A stretch of DNA of 64,000 bases from an uncultured Chloroflexia bacterium (GCA_963720755.1 CAVRGP010000015.1:128001-192000), one strand, 5' to 3'. Shown: positions 22,826 through 33,139, numbered from the stretch's first letter. Translations and numbers: made by a program. Notes: generated from the letters alone by a model not told the origin.

Positions 22826-22935
22826 CGCGTCACGTGGACGCGTCACGTGGTGGGACGGACGTCCCGGGTCGGGCTACGATGGCCGCACCATCCGAGCCCA
22901 CTGGGCCAAGCCAGGCTCATCCAGGAGGCAATCCC

Positions 22936-24381
22936 ATGACCGACGTCGCCGACCGCGTCAAGACCTACCAGCAGTTCATCGGTGGCGAATGGGTCGATTC
23001 TGCGTCGGGCGAGACGCTCGACGTCGAGAACCCGGCCGATGGCACCGTGATCGCGAAGGTCCAGGCATCCGGGGCCGAGGACGTCGATCGTGCGGCGAAT
23101 GCAGCGGCCGCCGCCTTCGAGACCTGGGGCAAGACGACTCCTCAGGAGCGCTCGACGGCGCTCCTCAAGCTGGCGGATGCCATCGAGGCCCGAGCTGACG
23201 AGCTCGGCCGACTGGAGTCACGGAATGCCGGCAAGCCGGTGACGGCCGCCATCGATGAGATCCCGGTCGTGGCCGACAATCTCCGCTTCTTCGCCGGTGC
23301 CGCGCGGCTGATGGAGGGCAAGGCCGCCAACGAGTACATGGCCGACCACACCTCGTTCATCCGCCGCGAACCGGTGGGCGTCGTTGCGTCCATCGCGCCC
23401 TGGAACTACCCGATCATGATGGCTGGCTGGAAGATCGGGCCTGCCCTGGCAGCCGGCAACACAGTCATCCTCAAGCCGTCGGCGCGAACGCCCCTGACCG
23501 CCCTGATCCTCGCCGAGATCGCGTCGGAGATCCTGCCACCCGGCGTCCTCAATGTCCTTACCGGGACGGGCGCCACCATCGGCGACGATCTCGTCGGGCA
23601 TCCCAAGATCGGGATGATCTCCGTGACCGGCGACACCGACACCGGCAAGCACATCGCCCGGGTGGCCGCCGACAGGGTCAAGCGGCTCCACCTGGAGCTG
23701 GGCGGCAAGGCCCCGGTCATCATCTTCGACGACGCGGATCCGGCGTCGGTCGCGGAGCAGATCAAGCTGTGGGGTTACTGGAATGCCGGCCAGGACTGCA
23801 CCGCCGCGACGAGGGTCATCGCCGGCCCCAAGATCTACGACAATTTCGTCGCCGACCTGACCCGCGAGGCCGCTTCGATCAAATGGGGCGATCCGGCCGA
23901 AGGGGACGACATCGAGATGGGCTCGCTCATCGCCCAGGGCCAGGCCGACAAGGTCGAGGGGATGGTCGATCGCGCCCGGGCCGGTGCCGAGATCACGACG
24001 GGCGGCGTCCGGCCGGACCGCCCCGGCGCCTATTACGAGCCGACCGTCATCGCCGCGCCCGACCAGCGCAGCGAGATCGTCCAGGACGAGGTCTTCGGGC
24101 CGGTCGTGACGGTCCAGCGGTTCAGCGACGAGGAACAGGCCATCGCCTGGGCGAACGACGTCCGGTTCGGATTGGCCGCCTCGGTCTGGACCGCCGACGC
24201 CGGCCGCGGGATGCGGGTCGCCAAGGCGATCCAATTCGGAACGGTCTGGATCAACGATCACTTCATGCTCGTGTCCGAGATGCCCCATGGCGGCTTCAAG
24301 GAGTCCGGTTACGGCAAGGACCAAAGCATGTACGCCGTCGAGGACTACACGGTCGTCAAGCACGTGATGCTCAAGATCTGA
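22936..24381 (+). CDS. patD: gamma-aminobutyraldehyde dehydrogenase (ALDH)
   Basis: PWNYP, LELGGKAP, NAGQDC, EVFGP, SEMPHGGFKESGYGKD; RBS ggagg. Confidence 0.8.
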   Translation: MTDVADRVKTYQQFIGGEWVDSASGETLDVENPADGTVIAKVQASGAEDVDRAANAAAAAFETWGKTTPQERSTALLKLADAIEARADELGRLESRNAGKPVTAAIDEIPVVADNLRFFAGAARLMEGKAANEYMADHTSFIRREPVGVVASIAPWNYPIMMAGWKIGPALAAGNTVILKPSARTPLTALILAEIASEILPPGVLNVLTGTGATIGDDLVGHPKIGMISVTGDTDTGKHIARVAADRVKRLHLELGGKAPVIIFDDADPASVAEQIKLWGYWNAGQDCTAATRVIAGPKIYDNFVADLTREAASIKWGDPAEGDDIEMGSLIAQGQADKVEGMVDRARAGAEITTGGVRPDRPGAYYEPTVIAAPDQRSEIVQDEVFGPVVTVQRFSDEEQAIAWANDVRFGLAASVWTADAGRGMRVAKAIQFGTVWINDHFMLVSEMPHGGFKESGYGKDQSMYAVEDYTVVKHVMLKI

Positions 24382-25343
24382 GCGTCACCATCGGGGCCGG
24401 TCCGGGAACCAATATCGACCGGGCCCTGCCCGCTGCGGCGCTCCACGACGCCGTCCTGAGCTGGTACGCGTCCCGCGCCCGGTCGCTCCCGTTCCGGGAT
24501 ACGACCGACCCGTACGGAATCCTCGTGTCCGAGGCCATGGCGCAGCAGACCCAGGCCGCCCGCGCCGGTGAGGCATGGACCCGGTTCATGACTCGGTTCC
24601 CGACCGTCAGGACCCTGGCTGCCGGGACACCGGCCGATGTCCTGCGCGCCTGGCAGGGTCTGGGCTACAACCGCCGGGCGCTGAACCTGTGGCGGGCCGC
24701 CGGTCGCATCGTCACCGACTTCGATGGGGACGTGCCGGCCGATCCGGCCGCGCTCGAATCGCTCCCGGGCGTCGGACCCTACACGGCGCGAGCGGTCGCG
24801 GCCTTCGCCTATGGGGCGGCTGTGGGGGCCGTGGACACGAACGTCCGTCGCGTGCTCGGCCGGATCGCCGTCGGTGCCGTGGATGTGCTGACTGCGGCCG
24901 AGATCCAACGGCTTGCCGACGCGGTCGTTCCGCCGCTTCGATCCGGGCCGTGGAACCACGCGCTGATGGACATCGGCGCCACCATCTGCCGGCCGGTCCA
25001 GCCGGATTGCGATGCCTGTCCGGCGATGACCTGGTGCCGCCACGCCGCCGAACGACCGTCGGGTCGCGAGATGACCGTCCCGTCGCGGCCTGCGCCGTCA
25101 GTCGGTGCCGGGCGGAGGCACGTGCCCTTCCCGCAGACGTCGCGCTGGCTTCGTGGACGCATCGTCGACCGCCTGCGATCAGCGGGGGATGGGGCCTGGG
25201 TCGAGATCGACGCGCCGATCGGCGACCACGACGCGAATGCGGTGAAGATCGCCGTCGAGACATTGGCCCGGGACGGCCTGCTCGAGACCGACGGGGCGAC
25301 GACGGCTGACGGCCGGATCCGGGCACGATTGCCGATCGCGTGA
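24378..25343 (+). CDS. mutY: A/G-specific adenine glycosylase (probable CTG start)
   Basis: SEAMAQQTQ, WQGLGYNRRA, LPGVGPYTA (HhH), VDTNVRRV, Fe-S Cx6Cx2Cx5C. Confidence 0.88.
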   Translation: MSVTIGAGPGTNIDRALPAAALHDAVLSWYASRARSLPFRDTTDPYGILVSEAMAQQTQAARAGEAWTRFMTRFPTVRTLAAGTPADVLRAWQGLGYNRRALNLWRAAGRIVTDFDGDVPADPAALESLPGVGPYTARAVAAFAYGAAVGAVDTNVRRVLGRIAVGAVDVLTAAEIQRLADAVVPPLRSGPWNHALMDIGATICRPVQPDCDACPAMTWCRHAAERPSGREMTVPSRPAPSVGAGRRHVPFPQTSRWLRGRIVDRLRSAGDGAWVEIDAPIGDHDANAVKIAVETLARDGLLETDGATTADGRIRARLPIA

Positions 25344-26194
25344 CCGCGCGCCTGGTCGGCTACGCTTCTCGGGTGATGTCCGCTCGAACCAGGTCCACCA
25401 CTCAGCCCCCGACCGGTCCGGCCGAGCCGCTGCCGGCGGACGACCCCGCGATCTTCGAGATGGACCTTCGCGGTCTGCGCGGGCGGTGGGCAGCGACCGC
25501 CGCACGGCCGGCCATCTCGGCGGAGACGATGACCGGCGCCGATCGGCGGGCCCAGGCGCTCGGCGTTCCCGAGCTACGGCTCATGGAGCATGCGGGGACG
25601 GCGGTCGCGGCCGCGGTCAAGGCGCTCGCGACCGATCTCGAGCGGTGGGGGAGCGGACCGATCGTGGTGCTGTGCGGTCCCGGGAACAACGGCGGCGATG
25701 GGTACGTCGTCGCTCGCCGGTTGGCGCTTGCCGGAGCATCGGTCATCGTCGCTGTCGTCTCATCGGACACGCGGCCGCGCGGGACATCGGCCGCCAGGAA
25801 CTGGGACCGCGTCGCCTCGGACACCGGGATCGCCAAGGTCCACCTTCCGGTCGCCCGGGACGTCGTGATGTTCGGACAGGGTGTGACCAAGGCCGCGGTG
25901 GTCGTCGATGCGTTGCTCGGGACCGGTGTCCGCGGCGCCTTGCGTGAACCGATCCGGTCCGCCGTCGAGGTCATCGCCCAGGCCCGATCGGCCGGTGTGC
26001 CGATCGTCGCCATCGACACGCCGACAGCGGTCGACCTGTCGAGTGGCGAGCCCTCCGACCCTGCCGTCCAGGCCGACCTGACCGTCACCTTCCATCGGCC
26101 GAAGACCGGACTGCTGACCACGCGAGGCGCCGCCTATGCCGGCAAGGTCCTCGTCGCTCCGATCGGCATCCCGCCGGAGGCTGACCGTGGTTGA
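25340..26194 (+). CDS. nnrE: NAD(P)H-hydrate epimerase (stand-alone YjeF-N)
   Basis: LMEHAG, GPGNNGGDG, DALLGTG, AIDTPT, TVTF motifs. Confidence 0.88.
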   Translation: MTARLVGYASRVMSARTRSTTQPPTGPAEPLPADDPAIFEMDLRGLRGRWAATAARPAISAETMTGADRRAQALGVPELRLMEHAGTAVAAAVKALATDLERWGSGPIVVLCGPGNNGGDGYVVARRLALAGASVIVAVVSSDTRPRGTSAARNWDRVASDTGIAKVHLPVARDVVMFGQGVTKAAVVVDALLGTGVRGALREPIRSAVEVIAQARSAGVPIVAIDTPTAVDLSSGEPSDPAVQADLTVTFHRPKTGLLTTRGAAYAGKVLVAPIGIPPEADRG

Positions 26195-26414
26195 CACGGA
26201 CGGGAGCCGGCAGCCGGGTGCCCGCGAGGTCCTGATCGTCGCGGCGATCGCGGTAGCGGTGGTCCTCGGGGCAGCGATCCTGACGAGCGTGCTCCCGACC
26301 AACTTCCAGGAAGTCGTCTTCCATACGCCGCTCGCGATCCTGATCCTGCTGGTCGGGACGGGCTGGCTGCTCTGGCGGATCGCGCGCGGCTCGTCCGATA
26401 CCGTCGACCGATGA
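26187..26414 (+). CDS. small two-TM membrane protein
   Basis: Two hydrophobic helices; overlaps both neighbours in the operon. Confidence 0.65.
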   Translation: MVDTDGSRQPGAREVLIVAAIAVAVVLGAAILTSVLPTNFQEVVFHTPLAILILLVGTGWLLWRIARGSSDTVDR

Positions 26415-28096
26415 CCGAGATCGCGGTCGAGGCGCTCCCCGACGCTCCCGCGACGGTACCCGCGCCGCTGGTGCAGCGAGCCGAGTCCCTGGCCGCTCTC
26501 GAGCGCGAGACGTGGGACGTCGTGATCGTCGGTGGCGGGATCGTCGGGGCCGGCGCCCTGCTCGATGCCGTGTCCCGTGGGATGCGAGCGGCCCTCGTCG
26601 AGCAGGATGACATCGCGTCCGGGACATCGTCGCGCTCATCCCGGCTGATCCATGGTGGCTTTCGCTATCTCGAGCAGCTCCGGATCGGGCTCGTCCGGGA
26701 AGCCCTGGCCGAGCGCGCGCGACTTCTGACCCTCGCTCCCCACCTGGTTCGGCTCGAACCGCTCATGTTCCCGGTGTATGGGATGCCGTACCTGTCGAAA
26801 GCGTTCTACGACGCCGGTCTGACCCTCTATGACATCCTCGGCGCACGTCATGACGGGGGCTGGCACCGCCGGATCTCCAAGGCGGAGGCGCTCGAACTGG
26901 CACCGACCCTGCGAGCCGAGGGACTGCATGGTGCGCTCGTCTATCACGACGGCGTGGAGGACGATGCCCGCTACACGATGGCCGTCGTCCGGACGGCCAC
27001 GGCTGCCGGCAGCATCGCGCTCACGCGGGTCCGGGCGACCGGGCTGCAGCTGGACCAGGCGGACGCGGCGATCCGGGTCCTGACCGCAGAGGACATCATG
27101 ACCGGCGACACGCTGGCCATCCGGACCCGGGCGGTCGTCGATGCCACCGGCGTGTGGGCCGCCGAGGCCGCCCATCCGTTCCAGTCGTCGTCCATGCGGA
27201 TCCTGCCGAGCCGAGGGGCACACCTGGTCGTCCCCCGTTCGCGCATCCCGAATTCGATGGGCCTCGCGATCCGGGTGCCTGGCAAGGTGGTCTTCCTCAT
27301 CCCGTGGTCCGAGTACTGGCTGATCGGGACCACCGATGCGCCATTCGATGGTCCGGCCTCGAGGCCGTCCGCCGCCGGATGGGAGGTCGACCAGTTGCTC
27401 GAGACCGTCAACTCGACCATGGATGTCGGCCTGACTCGCGACGACGTGGTCGGCACGTACGCCGGCCTCCGGCCGTTGATCGCCCCATCGGATGGGTCCA
27501 CGGTCAAGGCGTCTCGTGAACACCGGGTGACGAAGGAAGACAACGGCATCATCCGGGTCGGTGGCGGCAAGTACACGACGTACCGGGTCATGGCTCGAGA
27601 TGTCATCGACGCGGTTCTCGGACCGGACCTGGCGAAGCGTCAACCGAGCGACACTGCCGGACGCCGGCTGGTCGGTGCCGCCGACATCAAGGCCCTCGAC
27701 CGGATCGTCGCGGAGCTGATGACCATCCCGGCCATCGCCGGACTCGGCGATGACATCGCTGCCTCGCTTGTCGCCCGCCACGGGACGGAGGCCCCGGCAG
27801 TCGTGGCACTAGGCGCGGAGCATGACCTCCTCCACCGGCTCGTCCCGGACCGACCATTCCTGGAGGCCGAGGTCCTGTGGGCCGTCCGACACGAGCTCGC
27901 CCTGTCTGTCGACGACGTCCTCTCCCGTCGCACCAGGCTGGCCCAGGAGCTCCGGGATCGAGGCGAATTGGTCGCGCCGCGGGTGGCCTCGATCATGGCC
28001 GCGGATCTCGACTGGGGCGAGACACGCCAGGCCCTCGAGGTCGAGACGTTCCTGGCCGAGGCGCGTCACGAGTACTCCGTCTCCGCCCCCGACTGA
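26411..28096 (+). CDS. glpD: FAD-dependent glycerol-3-phosphate dehydrogenase/oxidase
   Basis: GGGIVG, GTSSRSSRLIHGG, GTTD, AGLRPL, SREH, GGKYTTYR. Confidence 0.93.
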   Translation: MTEIAVEALPDAPATVPAPLVQRAESLAALERETWDVVIVGGGIVGAGALLDAVSRGMRAALVEQDDIASGTSSRSSRLIHGGFRYLEQLRIGLVREALAERARLLTLAPHLVRLEPLMFPVYGMPYLSKAFYDAGLTLYDILGARHDGGWHRRISKAEALELAPTLRAEGLHGALVYHDGVEDDARYTMAVVRTATAAGSIALTRVRATGLQLDQADAAIRVLTAEDIMTGDTLAIRTRAVVDATGVWAAEAAHPFQSSSMRILPSRGAHLVVPRSRIPNSMGLAIRVPGKVVFLIPWSEYWLIGTTDAPFDGPASRPSAAGWEVDQLLETVNSTMDVGLTRDDVVGTYAGLRPLIAPSDGSTVKASREHRVTKEDNGIIRVGGGKYTTYRVMARDVIDAVLGPDLAKRQPSDTAGRRLVGAADIKALDRIVAELMTIPAIAGLGDDIAASLVARHGTEAPAVVALGAEHDLLHRLVPDRPFLEAEVLWAVRHELALSVDDVLSRRTRLAQELRDRGELVAPRVASIMAADLDWGETRQALEVETFLAEARHEYSVSAPD

Positions 28097-28128
28097 CCCC
28101 AGGCGCAACGCACGTTGCATTTCGGGTA

Positions 28129-28277
28129 TTGGCAAGGCTGGACGAAGCGCGTACCATCCCGCCTGAAACGCCACGGAATGGTCCGCGGCCAGAAACGTAG
28201 CTCGACGCACGCACTCGGACTCCTCTCACGACTGACGCGAGAACCCGACGGGATCGCGTTGGCTACCCGAGAGGAGT
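28129..28277 (+). promoter_or_regulatory. promoter and structured 5' UTR occluding the RBS
   Basis: TTGGCA-17 nt-TACCAT; ACTCCTCTC (28219-28227) is complementary to GAGAGGAGT (28269-28277). Confidence 0.5.
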
Positions 28278-28287
28278 TTTCGTTTTC

Positions 28288-28659
28288 GTGTACAACGACA
28301 AGAACCTGACCTGCGCGGATTGCTCACAAGAGTTCGTGTTCACCGCTTCCGAGCAGGATTTCTATTCGCAGCGTGGCTTCACCGAGCCCCGTCGCTGCCC
28401 GTCGTGCCGAGCCAGCCGCAAGGCAGCCCGGAACGCCGAGGGTGGCGGTGGCTATAGCTCCGGTGGCGGCTACAGCTCCGGCGGCGGCTATTCGAGCGGC
28501 GCCGGCAGCTACGGCGGTGGCGGCTACGATCGCGGTCCGCGCGAGATGTTCAGCGCCACCTGCTCGTCGTGCGGCAAGGAGGCTTCGGTCCCCTTCCGAC
28601 CGACCAGCGGCAAGCCGGTCTACTGCAGTGATTGCTTCCGCAGCCAGCGCGGCGGCTGA
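28288..28659 (+). CDS. zinc-ribbon / CxxC-x17-CxxC domain protein with Gly-rich linker
   Basis: CADC...F.F...EQ.FY...P.RCPSC; (GGGYSS)x3; CSSC...VPFRP..GKPVYCSDC. Confidence 0.9.
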   Translation: MYNDKNLTCADCSQEFVFTASEQDFYSQRGFTEPRRCPSCRASRKAARNAEGGGGYSSGGGYSSGGGYSSGAGSYGGGGYDRGPREMFSATCSSCGKEASVPFRPTSGKPVYCSDCFRSQRGG

Positions 28660-28818
28660 CCCTATCCTCTCGGTGCGGGTCGACCAACGACCCGCCGAAC
28701 CAGCGTAGATCCCCGACCCGGGCCGTCAGTCGACCCGGGTCGAACGATTCCCCCCGGGTCGGGAGCGGGACGGCGCCGTCTTGACCCATTCCTCATGGCC
28801 GGATGGGACGCGCTGCGC

Positions 28819-29475
28819 TCAGCCCGACGGCCGGCGCCCGGCCAGCAGCCCGAGGTCGAATTTGCGCTCCTGGCCGTGGATCAGGCGATCGATGTTGTCC
28901 GCATGGGCGAGCCAGATCAGCGCGGCCCCGACGGCCGAGTAGAGGACGTACGGGAGCGGTGTCTCCGGCACCACCATCAGGACGAGCAGCATCGCCGGGA
29001 ACATCGCGGCCGAGCCGAGCAGTGAGCCGAGGGACACGTACCGGGTTATCAGGATCACGCCGACGAAGACGGGGACCACGAGCAGGACGGCGATGGGTTG
29101 GATGACCAGCATCGTCCCGACCCCGGTCCCGACCCCGCGGCCGCTTCGGAAGCCGGCGAACACGGACCAGATGGCGCCGGCCACGGCCGCGGACCCACAC
29201 AGGACTTCGACGAGCGGGTCGTTATCGGTGACGTACCGGGCCAGCAGGACCGGGAGGACGCCCTTGAGCAGGTCGCCGATCACGACCACGGCAGCCCACC
29301 GTGGGCCGAGGGCCCGCAGCGCGTTCGTGCCGCCGGTCCGGCCGGAGCCGATCGAGCGCAGGTCGGTCCCGCCGGCGAAGCGTGCGACCAGGACGCCGAC
29401 CGGGATGGATCCCGCGAGATACGCGATCGCGACCAGCGTCACGGTCCGGAGGACGATCTCTGGATCCATCGACAC
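28819..29475 (-). CDS. plsY: glycerol-3-phosphate acyltransferase
   Basis: YLAGSIP, GSGRTGGTN, DLLKG, GFRSGRGVGT, YVSLGS, HADNIDRL. Confidence 0.9.
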   Translation of the reverse strand: MSMDPEIVLRTVTLVAIAYLAGSIPVGVLVARFAGGTDLRSIGSGRTGGTNALRALGPRWAAVVVIGDLLKGVLPVLLARYVTDNDPLVEVLCGSAAVAGAIWSVFAGFRSGRGVGTGVGTMLVIQPIAVLLVVPVFVGVILITRYVSLGSLLGSAAMFPAMLLVLMVVPETPLPYVLYSAVGAALIWLAHADNIDRLIHGQERKFDLGLLAGRRPSG

Positions 29476-29644
29476 GCTCCAACCGAGAGATCAGGAACGT
29501 TTCCTGAGCCAGCTCCCAAGCCGGGAGTCTAGCACCGCGGTTGCGGGAGTCCGGATCCGGCGCGTACCATCGAGCGCGATGACCCACCTGCCAAGTCCCC
29601 CTGCCGACGGTGCGCCCGACGAGCAGCCCGAGGCCCGCTGATCC

Positions 29645-31087
29645 ATGGCGGTCGGTTCCTCGAATGACTTCGATCTGGTCGTGCTCGGGGCGGGCACGGG
29701 TGGCTACTCCGCCGCATTCCGGGCCGCCCAGCTCGGCCTCAAGGTCGCCCTGATCGACGAGGACAAGATCGGCGGCACGTGTCTTCATCGTGGCTGCATC
29801 CCGACCAAGGCCCTGCTTGAGTCGGCGGGATTCGCGGATCGCGTCCGTCACGCCAAGGACTACGGCCTGACCCTGTCCGGGGACGTCGTCGTCGACTATG
29901 CCGCGATGGCGGCTCGCCGGGACGCCGTCGTCAAGCGGATGTGGACTGGGCTCAAAACGCTGATCGACAAGAACAAGGTGACCTGGATCGCTGGGCGCGG
30001 CCGGCTCGATGGGCCCGGCAAGGTGCTGGTCAGCCAGGCAGGCGAGGATGGCACGCCGGGCGCCGGTGGCGACCGGCTGTTGAACGCCACGGACATCATC
30101 ATCGCCACCGGCTCGCGGGTGAAGTCGCTGCAAGGCCTGGATCCCGACGGTGTTCGGATCGTGACGAGCGACGACGTCCTCAAGCTGGATACCCTGCCGA
30201 AGGACATCGTCATCGTCGGCGGCGGGGCAGTCGGGGTCGAATTCGCCAGCATGTTCAGCGATGTCGGGGTCAAGGTGACCCTGCTCGAATACCTTCCGCA
30301 GATCGTTCCGCTCGAGGATCTGGACGTCAGCAAGGTCGTCGAGCGTTCGTTCACGAAGCGGGGCATCACGGTCATGACCAACGCACGGTTCGATCCCGGT
30401 TCCGTGATCACGGACAAGTCGGGGATCCGCCTGATGGTCGGGCCCGAGGGCAAGGATCCCACCGAGCTGGGAGCCGAGATGATGCTGGTCGCCACCGGCC
30501 GCGCCGCCAACATCGAGGGGATCGGGCTGGAAACCACGACCGTCGAGACCGACCGCGGTGTCATCAAGGTCAATGGCCGGATGCGGACCCGAGAGCCGCA
30601 CGTCTACGCGATCGGTGACGTGATCGGGGGATTGTGGCTGGCCCACACTGCGGGGCACGAGGGGATCATCGCCGCGCATACGATCGCCGGAGACCCCGAC
30701 GTCCACGACATGGACTACACGAAACAACCCCACGCCACGTATTGCCGGCCGGAGGTTGCATCGATCGGCCTGACCGAGGCTCAATGCCTGGAGCGCGGTC
30801 ACAAGATCAAGATCGGCAAGATGCCGTTCCAGGCCATCGCCAAGGCCCTCATCGGCGGTGAGTACGAGGGTTTCGCCAAGGTGATCGCCGACGCCGAGAC
30901 GGACGAGACGCTCGGGATCCACATCGTCGGTCCTCACGCGACCGACCTCATCGCCGAGGCGTCGCTCGGCTTCGAGCTGGAGGCGACCGCCTGGGAGATC
31001 GGCGGCGCGACCCATGCCCATCCCACGCTGTCCGAGGTCCTCGGCGAAGCGGCCATGGCCGTGGACGGTCGGTCGATCAACTTCTAG
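29645..31087 (+). CDS. lpdA: dihydrolipoyl dehydrogenase (E3)
   Basis: GGTCLHRGCIPTK, GGGAVG, HAHPTLSE. Confidence 0.96.
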   Translation: MAVGSSNDFDLVVLGAGTGGYSAAFRAAQLGLKVALIDEDKIGGTCLHRGCIPTKALLESAGFADRVRHAKDYGLTLSGDVVVDYAAMAARRDAVVKRMWTGLKTLIDKNKVTWIAGRGRLDGPGKVLVSQAGEDGTPGAGGDRLLNATDIIIATGSRVKSLQGLDPDGVRIVTSDDVLKLDTLPKDIVIVGGGAVGVEFASMFSDVGVKVTLLEYLPQIVPLEDLDVSKVVERSFTKRGITVMTNARFDPGSVITDKSGIRLMVGPEGKDPTELGAEMMLVATGRAANIEGIGLETTTVETDRGVIKVNGRMRTREPHVYAIGDVIGGLWLAHTAGHEGIIAAHTIAGDPDVHDMDYTKQPHATYCRPEVASIGLTEAQCLERGHKIKIGKMPFQAIAKALIGGEYEGFAKVIADAETDETLGIHIVGPHATDLIAEASLGFELEATAWEIGGATHAHPTLSEVLGEAAMAVDGRSINF

Positions 31088-31107
31088 CCAGGGAGGCCTG
31101 ACCAGCG

Positions 31108-32145
31108 ATGGCCGTGACCAGGGGAAGCGATCCGCACCTCGGCAGTCCGTTCGGCTTGTCCGACGACGACCTCCTCGAGATGTACCGGTACGTCGCCCTG
31201 GCACGCGCCGTCGATGAGCGGATGTGGATCCTCAATCGGGCCGGTCGGATCCCGTTCGTCATCAGCGGTCAGGGCCATGAGGGAGCGCAGGTCGGCATCG
31301 CCTGGGCGTTCCAGCGTGGACACGACTGGATCGCGCCCTTCTACCGCTCGATCGCGACCTGTATGACCTTCGGGATGAGCGCCCGAGACATCATGACCGC
31401 CCAGTACGCGACGGCCTCGGACCCGTCATCGGGCGGACGGCAGATGCCGGGTCACTACGGCAGTCGCGAACACAACATCGTGTCGGTCTCGTCGCCCGTC
31501 GCGACCCAGCTGCTCCACGCGGTCGGGATCGCCCTGGCCGCCAAGATCCGCAAGACGGGCCAGGTCGCGATGGCGAGCATGGGTGAGGGTTCCTCGAACC
31601 AGGGCGACGTCCATGAAGGGCTCAACTTCGCCGCCATCCACAAGCTCCCGTTCGTCTTCGTGGTCGAGAACAACGGGTACGCGATCAGCGTCCCCGCCGC
31701 GATGGAGGTATCGGTCGCGGACGTCGCCGACCGGGCATCGGGCTACGGCATCCCCGGGATCGTGGTCGACGGTGCCGATGTCCTGGCCTGCTACGGGGCG
31801 GCCCGCGACGCGGTCGCACGAGCCCGGGCGGGCGATGGACCGACCCTGATCGAGGCCAAGGTCACCCGCCTGACCGCCCATTCCTCGGATGACCAGCAGA
31901 CCAAGTACCGGTCGGAGGAGGAGCTGCTGGCCGAGCGCGGTCACGATGCGCTGCCGCGGTTCCGGACGCAGCTCCGGGATGCCGGCATCCTGACCGAGGC
32001 GGTCGAGGAGAAGATCGCGGCCGAGATCGCGGCCGCGGTCGAGGACGCCACCGACTACGCCGAGAGCCAGCCGGACCCGGACCCGGCGACGGCGATGCGC
32101 TACGTGTACGCCGAGGATCCGGATGGCAGCGAGGCGGCCGGCTGA
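31108..32145 (+). CDS. bkdA1: 2-oxoacid (probably branched-chain) dehydrogenase E1 alpha
   Basis: GQGHEG, GRQMPGHY, TPP motif GEGS...NN, HSSDD. Confidence 0.85.
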   Translation: MAVTRGSDPHLGSPFGLSDDDLLEMYRYVALARAVDERMWILNRAGRIPFVISGQGHEGAQVGIAWAFQRGHDWIAPFYRSIATCMTFGMSARDIMTAQYATASDPSSGGRQMPGHYGSREHNIVSVSSPVATQLLHAVGIALAAKIRKTGQVAMASMGEGSSNQGDVHEGLNFAAIHKLPFVFVVENNGYAISVPAAMEVSVADVADRASGYGIPGIVVDGADVLACYGAARDAVARARAGDGPTLIEAKVTRLTAHSSDDQQTKYRSEEELLAERGHDALPRFRTQLRDAGILTEAVEEKIAAEIAAAVEDATDYAESQPDPDPATAMRYVYAEDPDGSEAAG

Positions 32146-33128
32146 TGCCACCCCGAACATTCATCGACGCCATCCGAGAGACGTTGGCCGACGAGATGCG
32201 TCGCGACGAGTCGATCATCGTGTTGGGTGAGGATGTCGGCAAGAAGGGCGGCGTCTTCCTCGCGACCGACGGACTGTGGGCGGAGTTCGGCGATGACCGG
32301 GTCATCGACACCCCGCTGACCGAGTCGATGATCGTCGGCGCCGCCATCGGCGCGGCCGTGAACGGGCTCCGTCCCGTGGCCGAGATCCAGTTCGCCGATT
32401 TCATCTTCCCGGCGTTCAACCAGATCGTGTCCGAGGCGGCCCGGATGCGCTACCGGTCGAACAACGGTTATGCCGTCCCGATGACCATCCGGGCACCGTA
32501 CGGCGGCGGCGTCCACGGTGCGCTGTACCACTCCCAATCGGTGGAGGCGTTCTTCACCCACGTGCCAGGACTCAAGGTGGTCGTGCCGTCGACACCGCAC
32601 GACGCCCGCGGCCTGCTCCGGTCGTCCATCCGCGACAACGACCCGGTGCTCTTCTTCGAACACAAGAAGATGTATCGCTCGGTGCGTGGCGACGTTCCTG
32701 ACACTGACTACACCGTGCCGATCGGGGTCGCCAAGGTGACCCACCCGGGGTCGCAGGTGACGGTCGTCGCCTATGGTCTGATGGCTCACTACGCGCTCGA
32801 GGCTGCCGATCGGGTGGCCGAGGACGGGATCAGCGCGGAGGTCGTCGACCTGCGCACGCTCCGGCCGCTCGACCGGGATACGTTGCTCGATTCGGTCCGC
32901 AAGACCGGCAAATGCCTGGTCGTCTACGAGGACAACAAGTTCGGTGGGTACGGGGCGGAGGTCGCCGCGATCGTCGCCGAGGAGGCATTCGACTACCTCG
33001 ACGGCCCGGTCACCAGGATCGCCGGACCGGAGGTCCCCGGGGTGCCGTACAACCACGTCCTGGAAGAATGGTTCATGGTCGACGCCGAAAAGATCGCCGC
33101 CGGGATCCGGAAGCTCGCAGCGTATTGA
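32145..33128 (+). CDS. bkdA2: 2-oxoacid dehydrogenase E1 beta
   Basis: GEDVG..GGVF, DTPLTE, EIQFADF, HSQS, FFEHK. Confidence 0.85.
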   Translation: MPPRTFIDAIRETLADEMRRDESIIVLGEDVGKKGGVFLATDGLWAEFGDDRVIDTPLTESMIVGAAIGAAVNGLRPVAEIQFADFIFPAFNQIVSEAARMRYRSNNGYAVPMTIRAPYGGGVHGALYHSQSVEAFFTHVPGLKVVVPSTPHDARGLLRSSIRDNDPVLFFEHKKMYRSVRGDVPDTDYTVPIGVAKVTHPGSQVTVVAYGLMAHYALEAADRVAEDGISAEVVDLRTLRPLDRDTLLDSVRKTGKCLVVYEDNKFGGYGAEVAAIVAEEAFDYLDGPVTRIAGPEVPGVPYNHVLEEWFMVDAEKIAAGIRKLAAY

Positions 33129-33139
33129 GCCGGTTGGCC

